Made by a program: the position numbers and the translations under genes. Below, one piece after another: positions 50,665 to 61,700 of a DNA stretch of 64,000 nucleotides (position 1 is its first letter; each line of letters begins with the position of its first letter). A model generated the notes under the pieces. It saw only the letters and a program-made list of their open reading frames with translations, searched no databases and was not told the origin of the DNA. Origin of the DNA: Halocafeteria seosinensis (Eukaryota); contig LVLI01000118.1 of assembly GCA_001687465.1 (NCBI GenBank), positions 1 through 64,000 on the forward strand, read 5' to 3'.

Positions 50665-53600
50665 TCATGAAGCAGCAGATTCTGGAATAGCACAATCGAG
50701 ATCCACGGTTCGACTACAACTTTCACGATCTTCCGGGTGCCACGGGTCGTCATGTAGAAATTCATAGTACAGCCTCAGTTTCAAGTTGTTGCCTCCGAAT
50801 TGACAACACTTCCCAATTTTGCTAGTCAAGGTTGCCTTAAGGGGGGTTTCCCCAACTCGCGAAATGCCGTTTGCACGTAACTGCAAATAGGGACTTCCGT
50901 CACCTTCTTCCGTACATGTTTCGACACCTTGAACCTGATTCACTTCAGATATTGTTACTGTACCAACTAGATCAACTGTTTGGACCATGCGGAATTGTTT
51001 GGGCTTGAAGACACCGCGAATTACAACCTTCATGCTCTTTAACAAAATGCCATGAGGGACATTAGACAAATAACAGTATAGGCAAATGGTGTTATCCTCT
51101 ATCCTGGAGCAATCAAAGAGATTCCTCCAAAACGTCGTTAGAACACCCTTATTGGCTGAAAAAGGTCCTATAGCTGGGGATATGAAATACGGATCGTTTG
51201 GCACGATGATATCAAACGCAAGAATACGTATAGTATCATCATTTCGGGGCTCTTCCTTCGGACTGGCGTAGAAGAAATATGCTTCCAACTTCTCCCCGCA
51301 TGTTGCATCGAGCAACGCTGTCATCGCCCTAAGCTGCTCAAAGTTAACGCACAGCGAGAACGTGTCAGAAGGAATGATCGCACGTCCGAGGGATTCATTC
51401 ATCTTGGAACGACAGGTGAAGTAAAGCGACTGCTGGTTTTCCTTTTCTGCGCACATGTCCGGTTGCAGCAACAGTTGCTTTCCTTCAAACTTGTCAAAGT
51501 CAGTAGGCGACCTATTTTGCGACACCGGAGGTGCTTTGCGGACCAGTATTGCGCACGCAATTTGCCCACTGTCGCTCCCTCCATTGTTGCTGAGGGGCAT
51601 ATGGACACAGTCTGTGGTCTTATTTCTCTGCATCACCGCTGTTTCTGCGGGTACTAGGTGTAAAAGTGGCGCAAATTTGACAAGCTTCAGACTACGGCAC
51701 GATCTTTGAACGTAAGCCGGGACTAAGAACGTGTCAAGGCATAGTGCAACACTAAGAAGCTCGCAACTCTCACGAATGCATTTTGTCTGTACGGGAATTT
51801 GCACCCTCACGTCAGCACCTTCGGCAATGTGCAGCTGCTCACTCACTCCGATGACCTGAGCGTCAGTTGACCCATCCACTCTACCTATGAGCGCAACCTT
51901 GGAAGAATTGAGGTTCCCGAGATTATGACACAAAGAGGCCTCCAATACAACTGGGTCATTTTCGGCAAATGAGACCTCGAGCTCACGCGTCTTCTTTCTA
52001 GCACCAAAGACTGAGTTTGTTCGGGACGTATAAACAATTGTCTTACTACCAATGATTCTCTGAACGGTTTCTATGCAGCGTTGTAGCACTCCTCTGGCCA
52101 CACCGTAAGAGGTGGTCGACTCGTTCGAGCGGATTACATTAATATCATGCAGCACGAATCGAGGTAACGGATGGAGAAGTACTCTCTCCGGGAACAGTTC
52201 TTCAGAGTGTTCTGGGGGCAGTGGTGGAGACTTAGGAGAGAGAGAGTCAAGCACCGGCGAAGTCATTGAGCCAGCTTCGGTAACTTCAGTGTGCGTTACT
52301 GGCCCTGTTTCCGTAAGCAGTAATTTCATGCATACTTGCCAAGGGAGAACAGGAAACCTAAACAACAAGGAGAACAAACTGGTAATATCAACGTCTGATG
52401 CTGAGCAGCTAATATCGATGCTTTCCAAACCTATAGGTTTTTCAGCACCATTAGTTGAAGCGTCGTTAGGTGTCCCGGAGCCATTCTGTCGTACGCTTGT
52501 AGACGGCGAGTTCTTCGGGGCTGGTGACATGGGCGTCCCTGATCCAAACACAATGGCATGGGGGCTTTGAATGGAGCGTCGGCTACCGGAGTTCCAGCCA
52601 TCATTGTCAGCGATCCGGGGAGAAGAAGGTGAGGGGACATACTCCTCCGAAGAGGTAGCCCTCAGAGTCCTTGCGTGAGAACCAGACGATACCGTAGCCG
52701 ACCTCGTGGAGTCGTTACTTCCAAAATGGGCAGTTCTCGTCGTATGTCTGGAATACGTATGTCGTCTACTAGGGCTTTGGCTCGAGCGATCTTGTGCTAC
52801 GTCTTTTAACCATGAGATCACAGCATGTGGGAGAGAGGGATCCTTCCGGGCAGATTTATCAAATGTCATTGACAGCAATGAAGATAAAGCAGAAGAGAAT
52901 GTTCTCTGCTTCTCAATTGTAGAAGAATAGTCGCCATCTAACACAAGAAAGGGAAAATCTAGAGGCCTAAACAATCCTGGCCCAGACATCAGTCCAACTG
53001 CTTCGAGCGGGTTGTGCATACATAGCTCCAGGGCCTGCCACAAAGTATCGTCTTTGTGAACGCCCGTATCATGCCCTAATGAGCTCTGCTTCGTTTCAGG
53101 CACGAATGTATCGCTGTGCAGCGGCGTGGTCAATCTCGCGCAGAGGTTCGACAAAGCCACATGGTATAACTTATACATGCCTAAAGAGTAAGACAGAAAG
53201 GCTGCCATCTCAAGAAGCCACTCCAATTGTGGATATTCCTTGAATCGATTGTCGGAAGCGTACCCAGATGGAGTCCCTAATAGAGGGTTTTCGACTAAAG
53301 ATAGAGCAGTTATACAAGGCAGGATAGCCACCGGCCAAACACCACGCTCAATAAAATGAGACGTCATCCAGCACATTGTAGCGTAAGTCGTTCTCAAATG
53401 CCCTTCCCTGTAGTGAATTAGGCCGCAGGAAGCAAGCACCCGCATCAAAGCCGTGGCAGACTTTGTGTTGCCTAATGCCAGATAACTGGACGCGTTCAAT
53501 AGGTCGCGAAGAGAGGGTAGGTCTTCATACTCAGTCTTCCGCAGCAGGAGACCAAAACTATGCCTTTTCTTTCCCTTTGTTGCAGAGGACTCCAAGGAAG

Positions 53601-54645
53601 ATGTTAATTTTTCCTGAAAGAATAACATCCTCAGTGCACTTAGCAAGCCACATTCAGCTGCCAAGCGCTTCTCACCAAAGGATTCAAACTGCCTGCTAAC
53701 ATCAATTACTCGAGTGAGCTGCCGTTTAAGCAAATCTACCGAGAATTGTTCGAGGGAGGGAAATCCATTGTCGTCACAGCAAGCAAGGAGACACGCTTCC
53801 ACATCGCAAATGACGCTGTGAAAAGACTGTATTTTAACCGACACGTCTGATACTCCTGCTGCATCACACAACCTACGAGCCGCAGAGGAATAACTCGCAC
53901 CATCAATTGTGTCCCGCAATGCTAGAGAATGTTCCGCAGCAAGAGTGAGTAGATGTATAGCGTTGATTATCACATGCAAAGGTGCCGAACGCCTGATGTT
54001 CAACGCAGCTCCCAGTTCCACGCCTAGATGACGTTCTTGCTCGGCTAAGAGTTTTTCTTGGTTTTGAATAACGCTGCTCACAAGCATGGACCTATACAGA
54101 CTCACGGCCATAGCTACTGTCGAATCCTGTGCATAAACGACCTCTTTCTTGAGAGGATCATATTCTGGATCAACGACCATCTTCAAGTTCGGGCAGTCCC
54201 TACCTGGGTGCAGTTTCAGTTGTTCCTCAGTGGGAGAGAATGCCAGACAGTAAAACAGTATACGAGGATGATCCACTACCGACTCCGCTGTGGTACCCAA
54301 TGCCCCTGCGAGTGTAGTTACAATTTCGTTGTATGCTGCATGTAAGTCGTCCTCTCCAGGGCTCCATATTAGACCCATCACAGTCAGACCAAACCTATCC
54401 AACACTTTGCTGAGCCGTGTCTTCACTACCCCAAAATCGCAGTACGACACCGAGACTAGTCCCCCTTGCCAGTCAAAATTGGGGAAGTGGGAATTGGCCC
54501 GATCATAATCCCCCGGTGGTGTGAGATCTCCTGCTTCGATTAGATTGTTTCTGGTGATGACATCATACACCGCATTAGGAATTCGTTCCGGCCGATGTGG
54601 CAGTAGTACAATAGAGAGGGAAGACGGGCAGAGGCGCAGATCCAT
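50665..54645 (-). CDS. TRAPPC9: TRAPP II subunit TRAPPC9/Trs120-like protein (divergent)
   Basis: N-terminal SIVLLP..HFPNFDWQGG..VMGLI..CLAFSPTEEQL..NL resembles the Trs120 N-terminus as I recall it. Helical middle and beta-rich C-terminus; 1326-aa ORF. Confidence 0.65.
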   Translation of the reverse strand: MDLRLCPSSLSIVLLPHRPERIPNAVYDVITRNNLIEAGDLTPPGDYDRANSHFPNFDWQGGLVSVSYCDFGVVKTRLSKVLDRFGLTVMGLIWSPGEDDLHAAYNEIVTTLAGALGTTAESVVDHPRILFYCLAFSPTEEQLKLHPGRDCPNLKMVVDPEYDPLKKEVVYAQDSTVAMAVSLYRSMLVSSVIQNQEKLLAEQERHLGVELGAALNIRRSAPLHVIINAIHLLTLAAEHSLALRDTIDGASYSSAARRLCDAAGVSDVSVKIQSFHSVICDVEACLLACCDDNGFPSLEQFSVDLLKRQLTRVIDVSRQFESFGEKRLAAECGLLSALRMLFFQEKLTSSLESSATKGKKRHSFGLLLRKTEYEDLPSLRDLLNASSYLALGNTKSATALMRVLASCGLIHYREGHLRTTYATMCWMTSHFIERGVWPVAILPCITALSLVENPLLGTPSGYASDNRFKEYPQLEWLLEMAAFLSYSLGMYKLYHVALSNLCARLTTPLHSDTFVPETKQSSLGHDTGVHKDDTLWQALELCMHNPLEAVGLMSGPGLFRPLDFPFLVLDGDYSSTIEKQRTFSSALSSLLSMTFDKSARKDPSLPHAVISWLKDVAQDRSSQSPSRRHTYSRHTTRTAHFGSNDSTRSATVSSGSHARTLRATSSEEYVPSPSSPRIADNDGWNSGSRRSIQSPHAIVFGSGTPMSPAPKNSPSTSVRQNGSGTPNDASTNGAEKPIGLESIDISCSASDVDITSLFSLLFRFPVLPWQVCMKLLLTETGPVTHTEVTEAGSMTSPVLDSLSPKSPPLPPEHSEELFPERVLLHPLPRFVLHDINVIRSNESTTSYGVARGVLQRCIETVQRIIGSKTIVYTSRTNSVFGARKKTRELEVSFAENDPVVLEASLCHNLGNLNSSKVALIGRVDGSTDAQVIGVSEQLHIAEGADVRVQIPVQTKCIRESCELLSVALCLDTFLVPAYVQRSCRSLKLVKFAPLLHLVPAETAVMQRNKTTDCVHMPLSNNGGSDSGQIACAILVRKAPPVSQNRSPTDFDKFEGKQLLLQPDMCAEKENQQSLYFTCRSKMNESLGRAIIPSDTFSLCVNFEQLRAMTALLDATCGEKLEAYFFYASPKEEPRNDDTIRILAFDIIVPNDPYFISPAIGPFSANKGVLTTFWRNLFDCSRIEDNTICLYCYLSNVPHGILLKSMKVVIRGVFKPKQFRMVQTVDLVGTVTISEVNQVQGVETCTEEGDGSPYLQLRANGISRVGETPLKATLTSKIGKCCQFGGNNLKLRLYYEFLHDDPWHPEDRESCSRTVDLDCAIPESAAS

Positions 54646-55235
54646 CTCCTATGCGCTGGTCTGGGGAAACCGTCAATTCTTCGCCGCGGCAGTAGCTCAA
54701 TAAGTGCAGGCGTCCATTAGACTTCGGATAATACAGGTTATCATCTATAACTCTTACCGCACAGACAAAAAAAACCAAATACACTCCACGTTTTTCACTC
54801 GATAAAGGGAAACTACACTAAAGTGGCCGGGGAGAGTATAAATATAATGGATTCAGCGGCCCTAGCGCATCAAAACGGCAGCATACACGTTATGAATGGC
54901 ACAGTTTGACGCCCGCGGCATGATCGAGGTCGATTCGAGGAGTGCGCGATGCAGCAATCAAATCGTGACGTTGAAGTTGAGTTTCATACATGGCACGCAT
55001 GTATGAAGTCCACAATATGCGTATACACGTTGTTTGTCCCCTGTGCTGCGGTACTTTAAGATGAAACTACCGTCACAGGATATACCGAAGGATACCAGGC
55101 GTCAAAGCGGCTTCTAGTGTTAGTGATGCAGGTATGGTGGCGGGTGTGAACTTGACTGACCGTCAACTAGTGACTTTGTAGACGTTATTTCAAAGGCTTC
55201 ATGTCCGGTACTTTCTCATCATTCAGTCAGATGTG

Positions 55236-57314
55236 ATGGCGCAAGCTTCAAATAATGAAGGGAGAATTGGTTTGGAGGAGATTGTGGAAGAATGGAATGA
55301 ATTTGAGGTAGCCTGTGAACGCGAATTAAATTCACATCAACCACCATACATCCCTTCGGACAACTCGGCGGACCTAATACGTACCAGGCGCTTCATAGAC
55401 TCGTTTATCCGGTTCCGCTCCAAGTGGAAGCGTTACAGACCCTCTTATGAAGCGTTTGATCGCAGTCAAGGATGGCATAACTGGTTCCCCCAAGTGGAGG
55501 AAGAAATCAAATTGCTCTTTAGATGTAAACGAACTGTCGCAGCTCTTACATCTCACTGTGCGGACATCCTATTCCGATGTCGTCAATATGCAGAAAGGAA
55601 GCAATTTTCTCTTTCTGAAATGCTTGTGGCCATTCTAGTAGAACCTCCTGCAAATGGTTCAAGCAGTGGCCGGAACTGCTTGGAGCGTGACTCCCGATTC
55701 CGGAGAGAATTGTTGGAAATTCTCACGAAGTTCTTTCCTGATTACTGCACGCTAATATTGTGCTCCAATCTAGCTGTGCAGGTATGCGATGCGGTAGTCA
55801 GATCATTGCTTCTCCTTCTGGCGAGCTTCACGGTACAGAATCCTGGACGTGACAAGCGAAAGTCTGCTCGTTTTCTAGACCCGGCTCTGAAGATTGCTTC
55901 TTGTTTGCCTGATTCCATCCTTGTGTATGAAAGTTGTCTGATATATTGCATTTCAGGACATTATTTTCTTACTCAACTGCTTCATCTAGTTGCCGTTCCG
56001 CAGCGCCATGCATTGAAGAGCGTTTTCCATACGTTTGATTCCTTAGACGACTTCGCGCTTTCTAATTGGAAAGACTCTGTAGACTTGAAAGCAGCACTAA
56101 ATTCCGAACTCGTTTGTTGTACCCACACAATTTTCAGATGTCTACAGTATTATTGGTGTGATACGGCTACTGAGGGATCCCAGGAAGGTAGCACTCTACC
56201 CTTCGATACTGGGCTGGTTCTACATTCTCTGCTTGAAGAAGCATCGTTTCATCGACTACGACAAAGGGGATTGGCCGCTCTGTCGAGGATATCTGACGCT
56301 CTATATGTTGGGGATGCTTCGGAAGGGAAAGATACGGTATTTTGTGGTTGCGTTTTGAATAACGACAGCGTCATAGATGCAAACTTTGATATGCGGCAAC
56401 GGCGTATTATGGAATATTGTTTACAAGATGGAGCAAAGTCAGCTATGACACTCTTAGGCTATTTATTAGATAGCTTCAGTGGCTATGAAATCAGTATACG
56501 ATCGAATACGTGCGATGCAATCATTAATTCTGCAGCTGAGGACGGATGCTGCAATTATGCGCAGGGGAACTTGGGTTCACTCTTTACTCAAGCTTCCGCT
56601 TCACTGGGAGCACTGGCTTCGTCACTACCTATTGTCTCTTTTAGCTTGAAACGTTTGTCCCGAATGATGGAAATGGAGGATACTCGAATAGCGCACAGTC
56701 GGGCAGCTTACTCGCAGGTACCATCATGTCTGCGCAAGCTTTATTCCTGGAAGAAGTGGAAAATGGCCATCCGCGATCTTAGTAGGAGGCAGAAGAACTA
56801 TCGACTTAACGATAACAATTTAAAGCATCTACATACGATACCACAGTTTTGGAGATTTGCTGGCACATGTGGTGCAACAGATACCGTAGTTACATTGGAG
56901 GTATTGCGGTTTGCCTTGACGTTGCATCGCATGTTCAGCAGCGACAGAGGGAAGATAAAACCTCACTTGGTGAATGCGATTCGCTCAGCTATTTCCACTA
57001 TGGAGAGGGCATACGAGGAGCTTATCTCCAAAAGAGAAGACATGTGGAGTGAGTATTGCGTTATAGAGTACAGCGCTAGACTGACGCTTCGAAGTTGCAC
57101 GTTGCTGTTACCTCAACTCCTGGCTGTAGCCGAATCTTGCGAGGGGAACAGTTCGGGTAAGAGTGTTGGAGCGGATACAGAGGAGTTCTACAGCCGGATA
57201 CAGATTGTTCGAAGAGTAGTGGACGGGGTGTCAGACGAAGAATCAGGCATCTTGCAGGAAGCAATAACTGGACTGCCTGATTACCTCGATATTCTTCACG
57301 ATAAGGTTCTTTGA
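55236..57314 (+). CDS. Unknown, predicted alpha-helical protein (~690 aa)
   Basis: Long uninterrupted ORF with Leu-rich, helical composition. No family recognised. Confidence 0.6.
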   Translation: MAQASNNEGRIGLEEIVEEWNEFEVACERELNSHQPPYIPSDNSADLIRTRRFIDSFIRFRSKWKRYRPSYEAFDRSQGWHNWFPQVEEEIKLLFRCKRTVAALTSHCADILFRCRQYAERKQFSLSEMLVAILVEPPANGSSSGRNCLERDSRFRRELLEILTKFFPDYCTLILCSNLAVQVCDAVVRSLLLLLASFTVQNPGRDKRKSARFLDPALKIASCLPDSILVYESCLIYCISGHYFLTQLLHLVAVPQRHALKSVFHTFDSLDDFALSNWKDSVDLKAALNSELVCCTHTIFRCLQYYWCDTATEGSQEGSTLPFDTGLVLHSLLEEASFHRLRQRGLAALSRISDALYVGDASEGKDTVFCGCVLNNDSVIDANFDMRQRRIMEYCLQDGAKSAMTLLGYLLDSFSGYEISIRSNTCDAIINSAAEDGCCNYAQGNLGSLFTQASASLGALASSLPIVSFSLKRLSRMMEMEDTRIAHSRAAYSQVPSCLRKLYSWKKWKMAIRDLSRRQKNYRLNDNNLKHLHTIPQFWRFAGTCGATDTVVTLEVLRFALTLHRMFSSDRGKIKPHLVNAIRSAISTMERAYEELISKREDMWSEYCVIEYSARLTLRSCTLLLPQLLAVAESCEGNSSGKSVGADTEEFYSRIQIVRRVVDGVSDEESGILQEAITGLPDYLDILHDKVL

Positions 57315-57584
57315 GCATGTGGTGGAGTTCCAGGGCACCGGCATGCTCCCTTGGAATGGGTGCGAACCCATTCCAGTCGGGCATGGGGAACGACGATTAT
57401 CTTACCGTTGCCTTGCAATTTCTCTGCCAAAAGCGACTAGTGATACTGGTACTAGCCGCTACAATAAATCGCCAAACTTTCAAGGCCAGTCACGCAAATA
57501 CCTTCCACCAGCATTCTACGAACGAAGAAAGCATTCGGACTCCCTGGTTCTAATTGACCGATGTCCCGAATGATTCTCATACGG

Positions 57585-58346
57585 CTATGTTCCTCGTTGG
57601 GGGTCACGGGTCTCCTCCCGTTGCTCTGACGACTCCGTCGAGTGACTATTTTCCCCTGACGCCAGTACAGGAGCAGTGGGGATCGAGCGCCCTCCAAATG
57701 AGAAAGGAGACTCGCTAACAAGTTTGAAGGCGTATGCGGATCCAAGGAATTGGCAAACGAACATGGCAGCATCGAGGAGTATCAGCACGACCGAAACTGT
57801 GCGGCACGTTAGATTCAGATTCAGGGTAATGTACACAGTAACAAATAAACTAAAACACGTACTTGGACCGCCGGAGGATTCTTTTATCACTTGAGCAATG
57901 AATGCAATTGTGGCGACAAAAATTCTTATGCTGCTCACGATGCAAACGACTGCATACGTCATTAGAGCACATTCACTAAGTCGTACAGCCCCGACAATTC
58001 CCAACGACGGCAGCATGACCACAAAGAACACCACTACCACGACCAGCGATACAAGGCTCGCCTTGGTGCTTTCAGAATCGTCAATCGGATCATCATCATC
58101 ACCATCCGTAACACGAGGAATGGTCAGTCCAGCCCGAATCAATGCGAAGAATGCTAACCCAATGGCTGTTCGTTTCACATTTTTTGTAAGGTTTCCCACA
58201 CGAGTCTCGCTGTCATAGGCAAGCACACACTGACGCGTAATAATGACTGCATGTTCATCCAAGGAGAGAACCCTTGAGGCTTACTGTATGGGCAATCCAA
58301 CTCGTGTATAAGGTGGTGGTGCGGCTTGCTCTTCCACATCCGACAT
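57585..58346 (-). CDS. Small multi-pass (about 4 TM) membrane protein with an N-terminal PPPY motif, 3 exons
   Basis: Exon 1 MSDVEEQAAPPPYTRVGLPI(H) splices (GTAAGC...GACAG) in frame into the 225-aa ORF. Second intron at 57797-57862. Four hydrophobic segments. Confidence 0.6.
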
Positions 58347-58736
58347 GCTCTTCTCCGCTGCATTTCGCTTGGAGGGTCAACCACAAGCTCCCCACCTATG
58401 CGCTGACCTCTTCTCAAAGCATTCTGTTCCACATTTGTATCAATACGGTCCATCTCTTGACCCATGTAGTAAAAGGGAGGCCAACTTCAACTTGGGCATC
58501 TGAGCCAGATGCACGCACGCGTGTGTCCTATCCTGGTTACTGTCCTTCATGGTAGCGAGCTTGTAGTGAGTACGGATAGAATAGTCATTTGGATCTCTGT
58601 AGCTGTACAAACAGCAAAGGTTCAGTGTTATCTTGTGTGGTAGAGACATAGAACCGAAGTTCTGTGCTGTTCCGTACACTGTATATACACGCTCTGTGCA
58701 CTCCCTATTTGAGACGTATACACAGAAACAGGGAGT

Positions 58737-61700
58737 ATGTTGCCGTCCCAAGAAGATGGGCATATTTTCTCGTCAGCGTACGCGTCGGCTGAGTTTTTCT
58801 GGGGCCAGAGTGTGAGCCACCAAGCTGATGTGACACTGGACGAGGACTCCTTTGCTCGAGATTTAATGGCCGGTAATGGGACCAATGGAGACTCAGGGTA
58901 CCCGCAAACTTTCTTCGAGAGTGTTGGGAAAGCGTTTTGCTCCAGCACGGATGACATGCACTGCCTGACGGACTCCTTCCTGACGGCCCCGGCAGCCGCT
59001 ATCTTCATTTTGATGATACCCTTCCTCTTTACAAACGCCGCGGCAGCCCAAGGTAGTCTTCCAGAAGCATCGAGGACCGGGTTTACCTGGAGTGTTCTTA
59101 CTTCAAAGCACCGTCGAAGGTTTAGATTCGTTCAACTTGTGCTCAGTGTTGTCTTGGCATTGCTGCCGCCGATCACCGCCATTCTCCAGGAGACTGACGT
59201 AATTACCGAAGAGAAGCCTCATATTGGCACGGTAAGTCCTGTGTTGTATTCCCAAAAGATTCATGAAACTCCGTGCATCAAGTATTAATTTCTGTACTGC
59301 AGTGGCTATGGGCAACGTTTACATTCATTGCCTGGTCGCTCAACTGCTGGGTAATCATCCGCAGGACGTGTCCCACCGATCGACCTTTACCGGATTATTT
59401 TCAGCTTTGGTATCTTTTGAATTGGCTTGTGGAAGTTGTGACGCTTATTGTTGCGGCGATTGATGCGAATAAGTCTGATACATCGTTGCTTATACTGGAC
59501 TCGTTAACGATCGTTCACAGCTCCCTCCTAACCATTCTAGTTTTCCCGTCACTGTATGACTCATTTGCTTCCTGCGGCCGTGGCGCAAAGCATGCAAACA
59601 CACTTGGCGGTACGAGAGGAGTTGTTCGGTATGTACTGGGATGTGGATTTTTCTGGAGGTACGATGTCGAAGAACGCGAAAGGACTGAATCACGCTTGAA
59701 GACTGAAAATACTTCCTTGCTAGGAGCTGATGCTACGGAGCCACTCAATAAAGAGGGAAAGGAGTACGAATACGGTCCTGAAGAGTGTGCTGGTGTGTTT
59801 TCTCGTGTCTTCTACACTTGGATCAGCCCCTTGTTGACACTGGGTTATGAAAGGCCATTAACTTTCGACGATCTCCCCTTCTTATCAAAGGTGGATAGGA
59901 GCGAGACAATTGCTTCTGGCTTCTCCAAGACGTGGAAAGAAGAGCTTGAGCGCGCAGAACGAGCTACCCGTCCGAAGACGAAAGACTTTCAGGGAACATA
60001 CCAAGATGTACGCGAGGATGTTCCCAACCAAGGCTCCAGCAGTGCCTTCAAGGCAGCCAATGACCCCTTTCCCGAAGTGCATGAGGATTACGCAGGTCGC
60101 GTATCGCTCGTGCGTCCTCTGGTTAGGTCGTTCGGACCAATTATGTACTCCGCAGCCTTGTTCAAAGCTACCTACGATGCGCTTATGTTTGTGGGTCCGA
60201 ATCTACTCCATGCCATTGTAAATTATTTGGATGATTTTTCAAATGGTGTAGAAAGACGAGCATCAGTGGGTTTTGGTTACGTCGGCACTCTTTTCGGCGC
60301 ATCGGTTTTGCAAACTATGCTGTTGCACCAGTATTTTTTCCGTGTCTTCCGAGCTGGACAGCAGCTCCGTTCAGCAGTAATTATTGCTGTTTATAGAAAA
60401 GCCCTCCGTCTCAGTATTGCCGCCCGCCAAGACAAAACCGTGGGCGAAATCGTGAATGTGATGTCCACAGATGCTCAGCGTATGCAAGATTTGACCACCT
60501 ACTTACAGATGATCTGGAGCGCTCCTTTCCAAATTAGTCTGGCCACCTACTTCCTCTGGCAGCAAATTGGTGCCGCGGTGTTCGCTGGAATCGGTGTTAT
60601 GATTTTACTAATGCCACTTAATGCCTGGCTTGCTCGGACCTCCAAGCGTTTACAGGAGAAGCTCATGAAAACCAAGGACAGACGAGTGAATTTGACTAAC
60701 GAGGTGCTAAATGGAATTCGGCTGATTAAATATTCCGCTTGGGAGGTACATTTCCGAGGTCTTATACAAGCCCTTCGAAGTGAGGAGTTACGAAGACTGT
60801 GGTATTACATGCTGCTACAGCAAGTAGTGTCCGTTCTTTTCGTGGGATTGCCGACTCTGGTGTCACTCTCCGGGTTCGGGGTGTACATTGCTATGGGAAA
60901 TCAGCTGACAGCAGCGACAGCGTTTACGGCGTTGTCGCTTTTCAATATTCTCCGATTTCCTTTAACTATGCTTCCTAATGTTATCAACAATGTTGTGGAG
61001 GCATCAGTGTCTATCCGGCGAATCCGAAAATTCTTGCTATGCGAAGAAAGGGAGCCGGGCGCATGTATTCGTCTTTCACGTCTAAACGGAGCATTTTCAG
61101 CGGAGGAAAAAGCACTTCTTGAGAAGATTCCCAAAGAATTACGGCACTATTGTCTAGGAATCCATCATGGTGAGTATACTTGGCATGCTACGGACGATGC
61201 TGATAATAACAAAGGTCCCGAGGGTGGTAGTCTACACGATATTAATTTTTATGTCAAAGAAGGATCGCTGGTAACCATTGCTGGTACAGTAGGTTGTGGA
61301 AAGTCTAGTTTGCTGTTAGCCCTTCTCGGAGAAATGAGAAAGAGAAGTGGTACCGCGTGGATTTTTGGATCTGTAGCGTACGTCAGCCAGACCGCATTCA
61401 TTTTAAACGCCACAGTGAAAGATAACATACTGTTTGGCAAGCCTTTTAGTGAATCTAAGTATAAGCATGCTTTGAAAGTATGCCAACTCGAGAGTGACTT
61501 GGATATTCTCCCCGCGGGCGACGAGACTGAAATTGGAGAACGCGGGGTTAACTTATCAGGAGGACAAAAACAGAGGGTTAGTCTTGCAAGAGCCATTTAC
61601 GCAGATGCAGACGTTTATCTGTTCGATGACCCATTGAGTGCTGTGGACAGCCATGTCGGCCACCGTATTTTCGAAGATTGTATGCGGGAGTCGCTGCAAG

